Assembly: GCA_963662655.2 (NCBI GenBank)
Contig: CAXXTU010000002.1
Coordinates: forward strand, 64,001 to 128,000
Direction: 5' to 3'
DNA length: 64,000 nt
Source: Candidatus Cloacimonadales bacterium
GTDB lineage: Bacteria > Cloacimonadota > Cloacimonadia > Cloacimonadales > JAIOQZ01
The position numbers and the translations under genes are program-made. Positions 26,645 through 35,341 of the stretch are shown in pieces (within the stretch, counting starts at the first letter, position 1; each line of letters starts with the position of its first letter). The notes below the pieces were generated by a model. The model saw nothing but the letters and a program-made list of their open reading frames with translations. It was not told the origin of the DNA and searched no databases.

Positions 26645-27922
26645 ATGAAGAATCTCACCATTTTGTTTTTACTGCTTGTAATGCAGTTTGCAGCGCTATC
26701 GGCATACGATTTCTACGTCGTCAATTCCGAGAGCCAGGTCATGTCGGTAGTCAATTCGGAAAACGGTACCATCGATCCCGATTTCGCAATGCTGGGCGCA
26801 GACGCGTATGCGGCGCCCAATCGCATGGAAATTCTGGATGGGAAAGCGTATGTTACAATAACATACGAAAACACGCTTCAGGTCATCGATCTAGACAATG
26901 ATCGAGATCGAACTTCGATTTATCTGGGCGACAACGTGCTTCCCTACGACGTTTGCGCAGGCAACGGATACCTTTGGATTACGGGTAGCGCGAGCGAAAA
27001 GCTCTATCAAATCGATCCCGCAGACAACGAAATTACGGGAACCGTCGATGTAGGCATCTATCCGCAAAGCGTTCTGTATCGCGGAGGCATACTGTACGTA
27101 TCCAACAGCGGATACACGCCATCCGATATGAGCTACGCCCCCGGTACGGTTACCGTGATCGATGCGCAGACATGCGCGGTTCTTGCAACTATCGATACGG
27201 ACCTGAATCCACAGGATATCGCTGCTTACAACGGTCTTCTACACCTGACCTGCACGGGTGACTATTTCAACAACCCCGGCGTGATCGATATCATCGATCC
27301 CAATACGTACGAGGTGGTTGATGTGCTGGAGATTGGCGGCAGCCCGGGCTCGATCGTCGCCTCGGCAGATGGCAGGATGTACGTGGGCAACGCATGGCCT
27401 GCGGGAGTGTACGTGTATGACGCGACAAGCCTCAATGTCCTGATCACTCCAGACGATGGGATTTTTCTCGGCGGCAACGCTCTGGATATCTTCGGGACGG
27501 AACTCCTGTCCGTCGATGGCGGCGACTACATCCAGAATTCGGACGTCTATCGCTACAATCTGAGCAATCAATCGCTCATCGCATCCTACGAAGTAGCCGT
27601 GGGGGCGACAGACGTGCTGATCGATCCTTCGCAGCAGTCCGTTGACGACGGCGCGATGAATCCGGTCGCTGAGATATCTCTGCGAGTATTCCCCAACCCC
27701 GCGCGCATGGGCAGCCAGATACGTTTCTCCATGCCGGAAGGAATTTCAGTAGATAACTACTTGATCTACGATGTGAAGGGACGCCAGATTGCGAAGATCA
27801 AAGGCGGCAGTTGGGACGGTAACGACAGCCGCGGTAAGGCCGTCGGTTCTGGCGTTTACTTCTGTGTCAGCGCTTCGGGGAACAAGCGACTTGCCGTTAC
27901 GAAAATGACCATCGTTCGGTAA
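26645..27922 (+). CDS. YncE/BtuG-like beta-propeller protein with FlgD-Ig/T9SS-like CTD (putative cobamide-binding)
   Basis: Signal peptide; YVTN-like repeats (KAYVT, LYVSNSG, GTVTVID); VFPNP...YDVKGR...SGVYF CTD; sits behind a B12 riboswitch. Confidence 0.85.
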   Translation: MKNLTILFLLLVMQFAALSAYDFYVVNSESQVMSVVNSENGTIDPDFAMLGADAYAAPNRMEILDGKAYVTITYENTLQVIDLDNDRDRTSIYLGDNVLPYDVCAGNGYLWITGSASEKLYQIDPADNEITGTVDVGIYPQSVLYRGGILYVSNSGYTPSDMSYAPGTVTVIDAQTCAVLATIDTDLNPQDIAAYNGLLHLTCTGDYFNNPGVIDIIDPNTYEVVDVLEIGGSPGSIVASADGRMYVGNAWPAGVYVYDATSLNVLITPDDGIFLGGNALDIFGTELLSVDGGDYIQNSDVYRYNLSNQSLIASYEVAVGATDVLIDPSQQSVDDGAMNPVAEISLRVFPNPARMGSQIRFSMPEGISVDNYLIYDVKGRQIAKIKGGSWDGNDSRGKAVGSGVYFCVSASGNKRLAVTKMTIVR

Positions 27923-27992
27923 TAAAACTGTTGCAAATCTGGTGGGTAGGCAGCTTCGAAGTATGGAATTATTTACTTTGGATATTGCGTTA

Positions 27993-28020
27993 TGTCACCC
28001 TGAGCGGAGTCGAAGGGTGA
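27993..28020 (+). repeat. REP-like palindromic unit (TGTC/CGTC-type)
   Basis: TGTCACCCTGAGCGGAGTCGAAGGGTGA with stem TCACCCT/AGGGTGA; resembles, from memory, the widespread GTCAYCCTGAGCG.AGTCGAAGG extragenic repeats. Single copy in the window. Confidence 0.55.
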
Positions 28021-28117
28021 TGGTAAATAGAAGCATGCAGAGATCGATAACTCAGAGTAATAACGTCACCTGAATATAAAGCAACAGCCCCTCGATTTCT
28101 CTGTCGAATCAAAAGAA

Positions 28118-28151
28118 GAATCCCCAATGGACAACGTCCAGAGGGGATTCT
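28118..28151. terminator. Hairpin terminator between convergent genes
   Basis: GAATCCCC...TGGAC-AAC-GTCCA...GGGGATTC stem just downstream of the macB-type permease. Confidence 0.65.
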
Positions 28152-28173
28152 CTTTATCTAGTGAATCGGGTTT

Positions 28174-29385
28174 CTATTCGTATCTCAATGCATCGATCGG
28201 ATTCAATCTCGAGGCCTTCCGGGCTGGATACCAGCCAAAGAACACGCCGACGAATCCCGCAAATAGGAATGAGATGGTGATGATCTTGGGCTCGCCAATC
28301 GCCGGGATGCTGAAATAGTTGTTCATGGCGAAGATCATGCCGAAGGCCAGAAGGATTCCCGTGATACCGCCAATCAGGCTGAGAATGATCGACTCCGTGA
28401 GGAACTGGAGCATTACGTCCTTTCCACGGGCTCCAACGGATAAGCGAATACCGATCTCACGCGTACGCTCGGTTACCGAGACCAGCATGATGTTCATGAT
28501 GCCGATGCCGCCCACGATCAGCGATACTCCCGCGATCGCGGCAAGAAGAACGGTCATGGTATCTGCGGTGGAGGTCATCATGTCGGTGAGTTCCGACTGG
28601 CTACGCACCCAGAAGTCCGCGTCGTCGAGGTTCGATTGCTCGTGCGCGATCAACATGAGCTTCTCGACTTCCGTGATCGCCTCATTCACTGTCTCGGATG
28701 AGCTCGCACTGATGTATATCTGATCGATGTTCGTACCGCCCTTGAGCCGATACAGCGCTGTTTTCACAGGCGTCAGAATGATGTCGTCCTGGTCCTGCCC
28801 GAAGGAGTTTTCCCCCTTCTCTTTCAGCGTACCGACCACCTTGAACGGCGTATTGCGTATGCGTATGCGTGCTCCGATTGGGTTCTCGTCGCCAAAAAGC
28901 TCTTCCACGACGGTCTGGCCGAGGAGGCACACCTTTTTCTTCGTAGTTACGTCGCGGTCCGTAAACATGGCGCCCTGATCGACCTCCCATTTGCGGATGG
29001 TGAGGAAGTCCGGCTCGACCCCTTCAATGGACGTGTTCATGTTGCTGCTTCCGCTGATCACCTGCGCACTGGTGCGAACATTGGCGGAGAAGGCGGAAGA
29101 CAGCTTGCAGTTTTCCTTCAGGAAGTCGACGTCCTCGAAAGTCAGCTTCTCCCTTTCTCCTGAAGAAACACCGCGAAATCTGTGACGGGCGTTTCCAACC
29201 ATGATCATGTTGGTTCCCATCGAAGAGATATTCGCTTCGATCTGCTTGGACGATCCGCGTCCGATACCAACCATGACAATCACCGAGCAGACGCCGATAA
29301 TGATTCCGAGTGAAGTAAGAAAGGAGCGCATTTTATTCTTGAGTATGCTCTTGAGGGACACCTTGAAGATATTAAGCCACTTCAT
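28174..29385 (-). CDS. MacB/FtsX-family ABC exporter permease
   Basis: [39 protein letters not shown] motif and PIDALRYE. Confidence 0.95.
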   Translation of the reverse strand: MKWLNIFKVSLKSILKNKMRSFLTSLGIIIGVCSVIVMVGIGRGSSKQIEANISSMGTNMIMVGNARHRFRGVSSGEREKLTFEDVDFLKENCKLSSAFSANVRTSAQVISGSSNMNTSIEGVEPDFLTIRKWEVDQGAMFTDRDVTTKKKVCLLGQTVVEELFGDENPIGARIRIRNTPFKVVGTLKEKGENSFGQDQDDIILTPVKTALYRLKGGTNIDQIYISASSSETVNEAITEVEKLMLIAHEQSNLDDADFWVRSQSELTDMMTSTADTMTVLLAAIAGVSLIVGGIGIMNIMLVSVTERTREIGIRLSVGARGKDVMLQFLTESIILSLIGGITGILLAFGMIFAMNNYFSIPAIGEPKIITISFLFAGFVGVFFGWYPARKASRLNPIDALRYE

Positions 29386-30121
29386 CTTCGATCCCCCTCA
29401 TTTTGGTCAGCTCTTCGGCGGCGTTCAAGCGGTTCTGCACGATTTCGTCCTTGGTGATGCGACCGTCCAGCAGCACCACTTTCCTTTTTGCGAAAAGAGC
29501 GATATCCGGTTCGTGCGTTACCAGCACGATGGTTTTCCCTTGCTCGTTCAGGTCCTGGAACAATCTCATCACGTCGACCGAGGTTTTCGAATCGAGGTTG
29601 CCGGTGGGTTCGTCCGCGAGGATGATCGCGGGTTCGTTTACCAGCGACCTGGCGATTGCCACACGTTGTTGCTGTCCGCCGGAAAGCTGGTTCGGCTCGT
29701 GGTGAATTCGCTCGGAGAGTCCAACAAGGTTGAGGCACTCGATCGCCTTTTCTCGAGGATTGGCGATACGATGCGTGCGATCGTATAGCAAGGGCAACTC
29801 CACGTTCTCCAACGCGGTGGTGCGGGGGAGAAGGTTGAAGCTCTGGAATACGAATCCGATCTTCTCGTTGCGGATATCCGCGTATTGATCGGCTTTCAGC
29901 GAGCCAACATCCGTTTCGTCTAGGTAGTATTCTCCCGATGTCATTTCATCGAGGCAGCCGATGATGTTCATGAGGGTCGATTTCCCTGAACCGGAGGCTC
30001 CCATGATGGCCACGAACTCGCCTTCATTAATGCTTAAATCGACTCCGCGCAACGCGTGAACGGTTTGAGCTCCCAAAGAGTAATCCTTCTTCAGGTTGCG
30101 TATTTCGATAACCGGTTTCAT
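29372..30121 (-). CDS. ABC exporter ATP-binding subunit (LolD/MacB-type)
   Basis: [29 protein letters not shown] and VTH motifs. Confidence 0.96.
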   Translation of the reverse strand: MKPVIEIRNLKKDYSLGAQTVHALRGVDLSINEGEFVAIMGASGSGKSTLMNIIGCLDEMTSGEYYLDETDVGSLKADQYADIRNEKIGFVFQSFNLLPRTTALENVELPLLYDRTHRIANPREKAIECLNLVGLSERIHHEPNQLSGGQQQRVAIARSLVNEPAIILADEPTGNLDSKTSVDVMRLFQDLNEQGKTIVLVTHEPDIALFAKRKVVLLDGRITKDEIVQNRLNAAEELTKMRGIEDEVA

Positions 30122-31365
30122 TAACGTGAACCTCCACTTGGGCGTCCGCCGGGGCCAGGCATCTGGAACAAACCGTTGGAAGTGCTCGATGAACCGCTGC
30201 TTTGCATGCTGGTGATGCAGCGAAGGCCTTCTTTCACCTTGTTGCCGGATATTTCAGTGTAAACGCCATCGGTGGAACCCGTTTCCACAAACATCACATC
30301 GATTTCGCCCGAATCATCGACATACCAGAGTGATGACCGATTCTCTCGCGGTTGAGAGCCAGTTCCTCTTTGCGATGCGGTAGAAGGCGTTCCTGTGCTG
30401 TCATTCTGGCGCTGTGCCCTTTTCTTCTCCATCACGGCGTGCATGACGTCGGTCGATGGACGGAATTTCAAAGCGGTGTTGGATACCCGAAGGATGTCCT
30501 TTTTCTGTTCGATGATGAAATCGACGGTAGCGGTCATGCCCGGCATGAGCTTCATGTCCGTGTTACGGGCGGAAATCACGACGATGTAGTTAACAACGTT
30601 CGAGACGGTTTCCGGCATTAGGCGAACTTGCTTGACTTTGCCCTCGTAGTTGTTGTCCGGGTAGGCGTCAACGGTGAAGCTGACCGGCATGCCTTTGGTT
30701 ATCTGCCCGATATCGCTTTCGTCGACATACGCAAAGATTTCCATCTCCGAAAGATTCTTCGCGATCGTGAAAAGGGTAGGTGTTGAATAGCTGGAGGCGA
30801 CGGTTTGCCCCTCTTCGATATCGCGATCGATCACAATGCCGCTGATGGGGGAGCGGATCACCGAGTAGAGTTCCAGGTTGTTGCGGTTCTTCTCGTAATT
30901 CGCTTTTGTAGACGAATAGGATGCTTCGGATGACATGTAGCTTATCCGGTAGCTTTCAAGGTCGAACGAGGATATCAACTCCTGCTCGAAGAGATCCTGG
31001 TTGCTGTCGTACTCGAGCTTTGCCTGGAGCATTCTGGCTTTGGCTGCCTGAAGTTCCGCCCTCGAGGCTTCCATTGTAAGGTGAAGCTGGGTTGTATCGA
31101 TGATGGCCAGCACCTGATCGACCTCGACAAGGTCGTTGTAATCGACAAGAACCTTGGAGACGGTGCCGGACATCTGGGTACCGACCTCGACTGTGCCGGT
31201 TGTCTCGAGCGTTCCCGTGCTGCTGACAACGTTTTCGATGTCGCCTCTCGAGACTTCCGCCAGTTCCATCCCCGATTCGGATTCCGGTTGTTTCTTCTTT
31301 GTGAAGTATAATATTCCTGCGGCAACGATTGCCAGAACAATGATGATGATTATTATCTTTTTCAT
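30121..31365 (-). CDS. macA: Efflux periplasmic adaptor (MacA-type)
   Basis: N-terminal anchor; [30 protein letters not shown] and L.PGMTA motifs; operon with the ABC subunits. Confidence 0.9.
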   Translation of the reverse strand: MKKIIIIIIVLAIVAAGILYFTKKKQPESESGMELAEVSRGDIENVVSSTGTLETTGTVEVGTQMSGTVSKVLVDYNDLVEVDQVLAIIDTTQLHLTMEASRAELQAAKARMLQAKLEYDSNQDLFEQELISSFDLESYRISYMSSEASYSSTKANYEKNRNNLELYSVIRSPISGIVIDRDIEEGQTVASSYSTPTLFTIAKNLSEMEIFAYVDESDIGQITKGMPVSFTVDAYPDNNYEGKVKQVRLMPETVSNVVNYIVVISARNTDMKLMPGMTATVDFIIEQKKDILRVSNTALKFRPSTDVMHAVMEKKRAQRQNDSTGTPSTASQRGTGSQPRENRSSLWYVDDSGEIDVMFVETGSTDGVYTEISGNKVKEGLRCITSMQSSGSSSTSNGLFQMPGPGGRPSGGSR

Positions 31366-31556
31366 TTAAGCTCCACGTTTCTATTTTTACTACTTCAGAC
31401 ACAATCTAATGCAGAAACCTGCGATGCGACTTAAAAAAACTGAGGAAAACGTCGGTTAGAGATGAATAGAGAACAAGGGGTGATTCGTCGTTCGCTTAAA
31501 CCGGATTTTGGGGAACATTGTAAAAGATAAAATTATGCAGGTGCACGAAAATAACA

Positions 31557-31585
31557 TTGACAATGTTTTAAGAAGAGGCTATTTT
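31557..31585 (+). promoter_or_regulatory. Putative sigma-70 promoter upstream of the flagellin
   Basis: TTGACA-N17-TATTTT. Confidence 0.5.
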
Positions 31586-31749
31586 ATCTTCAGATGGTTA
31601 GATAGCTTTTTCTCACAGCAATTATGGTTCACACCGCCTTATCGTATCACGCTACAGGTACGCGCATTCTCAGATTTGCCGTTCATTGCGAGCGCCCATG
31701 AAGACATAGTCATAGTAAACCGGTTGCATTTTGCAACAAGGAGGTTGAA

Positions 31750-32634
31750 ATGGCTCTGAGCTTCAATGTGGATTCAATTTCGAATCTGATATCCACACAA
31801 TTGAATACATCCCTGAGTACGTTGACGAATTCGGTATATCGTCTTTCAACTGGACTGCGCATAAACAGCGCTGCCGACGATCCGGCGGGGCTGGCGGTCT
31901 TCGAGATGATGCGCGCCCAGGAGGCAACCTATACACAAGCGCGAAACAATGCGCAGGACGCGCAATCCCTGATCCAGACTGCCGAAGGTGCGATGAATGT
32001 GATCGACGAAAAGCTGATCCGGATGAAGGAGCTGGCGGAACAGGCTTCCACGGGAACTTATACGGACTCTCAGCGGTTGATCATGCACTCGGAGTTCTCG
32101 CTGATGGCATCGGAGATCGACAGGATTGCCAATTCCACGACATTCAACGGAATGAAGCTGCTGGACGGTTCTCTTTCATCGTCTTCATCCTGGACGAATG
32201 GAAGCGGGTGGAGCGAGCCAAACGACGGAGTCCTGGTTCACGTGGGCGACGGGAATGCCCGAGCTGAGGATTACTATTACATTTCGGTGCGGGATGTGAG
32301 AACTTCAGCGCTTTTCTCGAACACGAATCTGGCGGTTTCGACGCAAGCGGCTGCGACAAGCGCGTTGAATATGGTCAATACGGCGATCATCAACAAAGAT
32401 AACGCGAGAGCATGGCTGGGAGCGTTGCAGAATAGGCTGGAGGGATCGATCGACAACCTCGAGGCGCAGGTCAACACGCTGGACCACGCGCAGTCCGATA
32501 TCGCCGATGCCGATTACGCGGAGGAGATTTCCCGGTATGTGAGCAGCGTTATCCTTCTGCAGAGCGGCGTTGCGATGCTTGCGCAGGCCAACACGATCCC
32601 CTCCATGGCGCTAACGCTGGTGAACTCGCTCTGA
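31750..32634 (+). CDS. fliC: Flagellin
   Basis: RLSTGLRINSAADDPAGL, IQTAEGA, RMKELAEQA, LGALQNRL, DADYAEE and AMLAQAN; AAGGAGG RBS. Confidence 0.92.
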   Translation: MALSFNVDSISNLISTQLNTSLSTLTNSVYRLSTGLRINSAADDPAGLAVFEMMRAQEATYTQARNNAQDAQSLIQTAEGAMNVIDEKLIRMKELAEQASTGTYTDSQRLIMHSEFSLMASEIDRIANSTTFNGMKLLDGSLSSSSSWTNGSGWSEPNDGVLVHVGDGNARAEDYYYISVRDVRTSALFSNTNLAVSTQAAATSALNMVNTAIINKDNARAWLGALQNRLEGSIDNLEAQVNTLDHAQSDIADADYAEEISRYVSSVILLQSGVAMLAQANTIPSMALTLVNSL

Positions 32635-32641
32635 TATGGCA

Positions 32642-32812
32642 ATCGAGGCATTTTCGCCCGATCCGCCCACGGTGCGAATTGGCATTCAGAGCCTGCCAAT
32701 TCGCACCTCTCGACGTGTATATACCCCACGGGCGATTTCCTGACGGTGTCAGCAAGCCGTCCGTGGGAAACAACACGTCTTCGGGCGCGGATCGAACGAA
32801 TCTGCTCTCGAT
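32642..32812. other. Branched hairpin structure downstream of the flagellin
   Basis: Outer stems 32642-32647/32807-32812 and 32659-32666/32787-32794; perfect 14-bp hairpin 32671-32684/32694-32707; second arm 32712-32718/32773-32779 and 32725-32734/32758-32767. Confidence 0.65.
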
Positions 32813-32831
32813 GAGGTTCGCGGTTTCAAAG

Positions 32832-32856
32832 AAAAACCGCCCTCAAAGAGGGCGGC
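32832..32856 (-). terminator. Intrinsic terminator of the Hsp20 operon
   Basis: CCGCCCTC-AAA-GAGGGCGG with an A-tract on the left, giving a U-tract on the minus strand. Confidence 0.8.
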
Positions 32857-32893
32857 TGAGAATGAGTGATTTATGTTTCGCCGAGGCGGCTGA

Positions 32894-33301
32894 TTACTCG
32901 ATGGTAATGGTCTTGTCCGGCTTTGGATCAGCCTTGGGGATGCTGATGGTGAGAACGCCGTTCTTCAGGTTTGCTTTAATGCTGTCTTGATCGCAGTTTT
33001 CGGGCAGCTTGATTACGCGCTGGTAGCATCCGTCGTATCGTTCCTTCATGTGAACGATTTTCTTTTGCTCGTTATCGACCTTTTCCGGGCATGTTTCCAG
33101 AAGAAGCTCGTTGGCTTTCACGGTGATCTTGAGGTCTTCTCTCTTTACCCCGGGCAGGTTTGCCATTACCTGGTAACCTTCGTCGTTTTCCAATACGTCG
33201 ACAGCCATCAGCCGACTGTCTCGAGATATACGGTCATTGGTGAAGCTGTTCAGAAAGTCATCGAAAAGTGACCAGTCGCTATCTCTTCTTAGCAGTCTCA
33301 T
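32894..33301 (-). CDS. Hsp20/alpha-crystallin small heat shock protein
   Basis: VDVLE, NLPGV..EDL, ERYDG.Y.R.I.LP, A.LKNGVL.I.IPK and C-terminal IxI motif. Confidence 0.95.
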   Translation of the reverse strand: MRLLRRDSDWSLFDDFLNSFTNDRISRDSRLMAVDVLENDEGYQVMANLPGVKREDLKITVKANELLLETCPEKVDNEQKKIVHMKERYDGCYQRVIKLPENCDQDSIKANLKNGVLTISIPKADPKPDKTITIE

Positions 33302-33313
33302 TGTTACCTCCTG

Positions 33314-33745
33314 TTATTCAACAACAATTTCTTTGTTTGGCTGAACGTTCTTCGGGATGGTGATCATGAGCACACCATCGTTCATGCTTGCTTTGATATT
33401 CTCGCGATCGATTGTCTCCGGCAGGTGAACCGCACGGGCGTAGCTGCCGTTGAAACGCTCTGAGTAGTGGACTTTCGTTTTATCGTCCACGGGCTGATTA
33501 TCCGGCTTGGCTTCGATGATCAGGTGATCCTTGCGCGTGGATATTGTGACGTCTTTCTTTTCGAATCCAGGCAGGTTTGCCAGAATCAGATAATCCTTGT
33601 CGTTTTCAATGATGTCCATGGGGAGTGTGCGCGACCGGTCTCCCGATTCGTGTTCTCTGAAGAACCCCCTGGCATACCGGTCGTACAAAGGCAGCATGGA
33701 AATAGGATCGTGCTCCGTCATGATCTTTTTCGGTATGAGTATCAT
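33314..33745 (-). CDS. Hsp20/alpha-crystallin small heat shock protein
   Basis: MDIIE, NLPG..K.DV, ERFNGSY.R.V.LP and A.MNDGVL.I.IPK. Confidence 0.95.
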   Translation of the reverse strand: MILIPKKIMTEHDPISMLPLYDRYARGFFREHESGDRSRTLPMDIIENDKDYLILANLPGFEKKDVTISTRKDHLIIEAKPDNQPVDDKTKVHYSERFNGSYARAVHLPETIDRENIKASMNDGVLMITIPKNVQPNKEIVVE

Positions 33746-33791
33746 TGTTTTCCTCCTTGTCCGGCGAACCGGCTCCTCATATTCTGGGGAT

Positions 33792-33820
33792 AATATAAGG
33801 CGTGTGTGTCAGGCTGTCAA
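33792..33820 (-). promoter_or_regulatory. Sigma-70 promoter of the Hsp20 operon
   Basis: Minus strand TTGACA (33820-33815)-N17-TATATT (33797-33792). Confidence 0.75.
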
Positions 33821-33828
33821 ATATTTTT

Positions 33829-33855
33829 TTAGCACTCCAGCGAAAAGACTGCTAA
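33829..33855. promoter_or_regulatory. CIRCE element (HrcA operator)
   Basis: TTAGCACTC-N9-GACTGCTAA, one mismatch from the consensus TTAGCACTC-N9-GAGTGCTAA, next to the Hsp20 -35 box. Confidence 0.93.
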
Positions 33856-33933
33856 AAAATGTTTCTGCGTTTCTTGTTGACGAGCTCCACAGCTCTATGT
33901 ATCAGGTAGTCAAAATCTATTGAAGGAAGATCA

Positions 33934-34671
33934 ATGCTTGAAATCTGTGTGGGGAATATCGAGTCTGCGATTGCGGCTGTCGGTGCTGGGGCTGATCGCC
34001 TGGAGCTCAACAGCGCTTTGCAACTGGGCGGATTGACGCCATCGACTGCCACGGTGCGAGAAGCGCTGGAGAACGTGGCTGTACCGGTGGTCGTCATGAT
34101 AAGGCCTCGCGAAGGAAATTTCCGGTACTCGGATCGGGAGTTCCGCACCATGCTGCGCGAAGCGGAGGACATGCTGGCGTTGGGCGCGGATGGCATCGCC
34201 TTCGGGGTGCTGGATGGAGATTCCCGGATCGATCGTGACCGGGTTAAAGAAATGATAGGTATCGCCGGCGCGCGCGAGACCGTTTTCCACCGTGCCTTCG
34301 ATACAACTGCGAACCCGATCGGTAACATGATGATCCTGCAAGAGCTGGGTATTACCCGAATTCTGACGAGCGGGTGCTCGCCAACCGCCTGGGATGGACG
34401 GGAGACTTTGCGCGGAATGATGTCGCATCCGGGGCGTGAGATCGGGATACTCCCCGCTGCGGGGATACGTCCATCCAACGTAAAAGATATCCTCGAATTC
34501 CTGGGTTGCAAGGGCCTGCATGCCTCGTGCAGCAGGATGATTATGCCCGTTGATATAAGCGGATCGAGCATTCGGTTCAACGCGAGTGGGCTGCCGGAGA
34601 ACGCGCACATTGGAGTGGATGTCGAACAAATTCGAGAGATGAAGAGGATTGCCGGGAATCAAGCGCTGTGA
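33934..34671 (+). CDS. cutC: Copper homeostasis protein CutC
   Basis: MLEICV, GADRLEL, GGLTPS, MIRPREGNF.YS, FHRAFD and RILTSG. Confidence 0.95.
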   Translation: MLEICVGNIESAIAAVGAGADRLELNSALQLGGLTPSTATVREALENVAVPVVVMIRPREGNFRYSDREFRTMLREAEDMLALGADGIAFGVLDGDSRIDRDRVKEMIGIAGARETVFHRAFDTTANPIGNMMILQELGITRILTSGCSPTAWDGRETLRGMMSHPGREIGILPAAGIRPSNVKDILEFLGCKGLHASCSRMIMPVDISGSSIRFNASGLPENAHIGVDVEQIREMKRIAGNQAL

Positions 34672-34799
34672 AGGGGAATTCCGTTGCTGAATGGGTGAGA
34701 TCACAGCAAGGAAAGAACCTCTATTAATCTTCCGAGAAAAAACCTTTGACAAAATTGACAGCGTGGACGTTTTTAGAAAAAACAAACTCTGGAGGACGA

Positions 34800-35288
34800 A
34801 TGTCGGATCAAAACGAAGCCCTGAACAATGTTGGTCAGACTGACGACTTGAGCATAAAGCAGGCAAAGAAGTTTTCCTTGATCGAGCTTTTGATGATCAT
34901 TATGCTCGTCGGCATCGTGGTAACATTTATTTTCCCATTGCGACAAATGAAGATCGACCGCAGCCGCACCATGGAAGCCGTCGAGATCGTGAAAGAAGCT
35001 GCAAAACTCGATGAGCAATTCAAGAACAATCCTGACTTGGGAGACGGCGATTACGCCTTCGATTTCTCTCAGCTCAACTATAAACCGGATAATAAATACT
35101 TCAACTTCCGGGTTGCCGATGTAACCATGGAAGACCGTACCATTACCGGTGGCTTCATCATTGCCGAGACCACCAAGGAATTTGGACACGAAGGCATCCA
35201 GATCAAATTCATGCTGCCTTCCGGTCCGTGGTCGGTTGACGCTCCCGAAAAGCTGAAAAACGTAGTTCATCGTAACTGGCTTCCGTAA
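34800..35288 (+). CDS. Type IV pilin-like protein
   Basis: GGAGG RBS; class III signal-like KK/FSLIELLMIIMLVGIV with E at +5. Confidence 0.8.
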   Translation: MSDQNEALNNVGQTDDLSIKQAKKFSLIELLMIIMLVGIVVTFIFPLRQMKIDRSRTMEAVEIVKEAAKLDEQFKNNPDLGDGDYAFDFSQLNYKPDNKYFNFRVADVTMEDRTITGGFIIAETTKEFGHEGIQIKFMLPSGPWSVDAPEKLKNVVHRNWLP

Positions 35289-35306
35289 TCGGAAAGCATA
35301 AATTTT

Positions 35307-35338
35307 AAAACCTTCAGGCTTCGTTCTGGAGGTTTTTT
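35307..35338 (+). terminator. Probable intrinsic terminator after the pilin-like gene
   Basis: AAAACCTTCAG...CTGGAGGTTTT stem followed by Ts. Confidence 0.6.
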
Positions 35339-35341
35339 CTT

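Noticed and set aside
31432..31458. Possible sigma-28 promoter TAAA-N15-GTCGGTTA upstream of the flagellin
   Set aside because: Only 5/8 match to GCCGATAA, TAAA lies in an A-run, and it is about 290 bp from the start.
31590..31749. c-di-GMP riboswitch in the flagellin leader
   Set aside because: Neither class I (GGCAAAC...GAAA...GACGCAAAG) nor class II motifs could be found.
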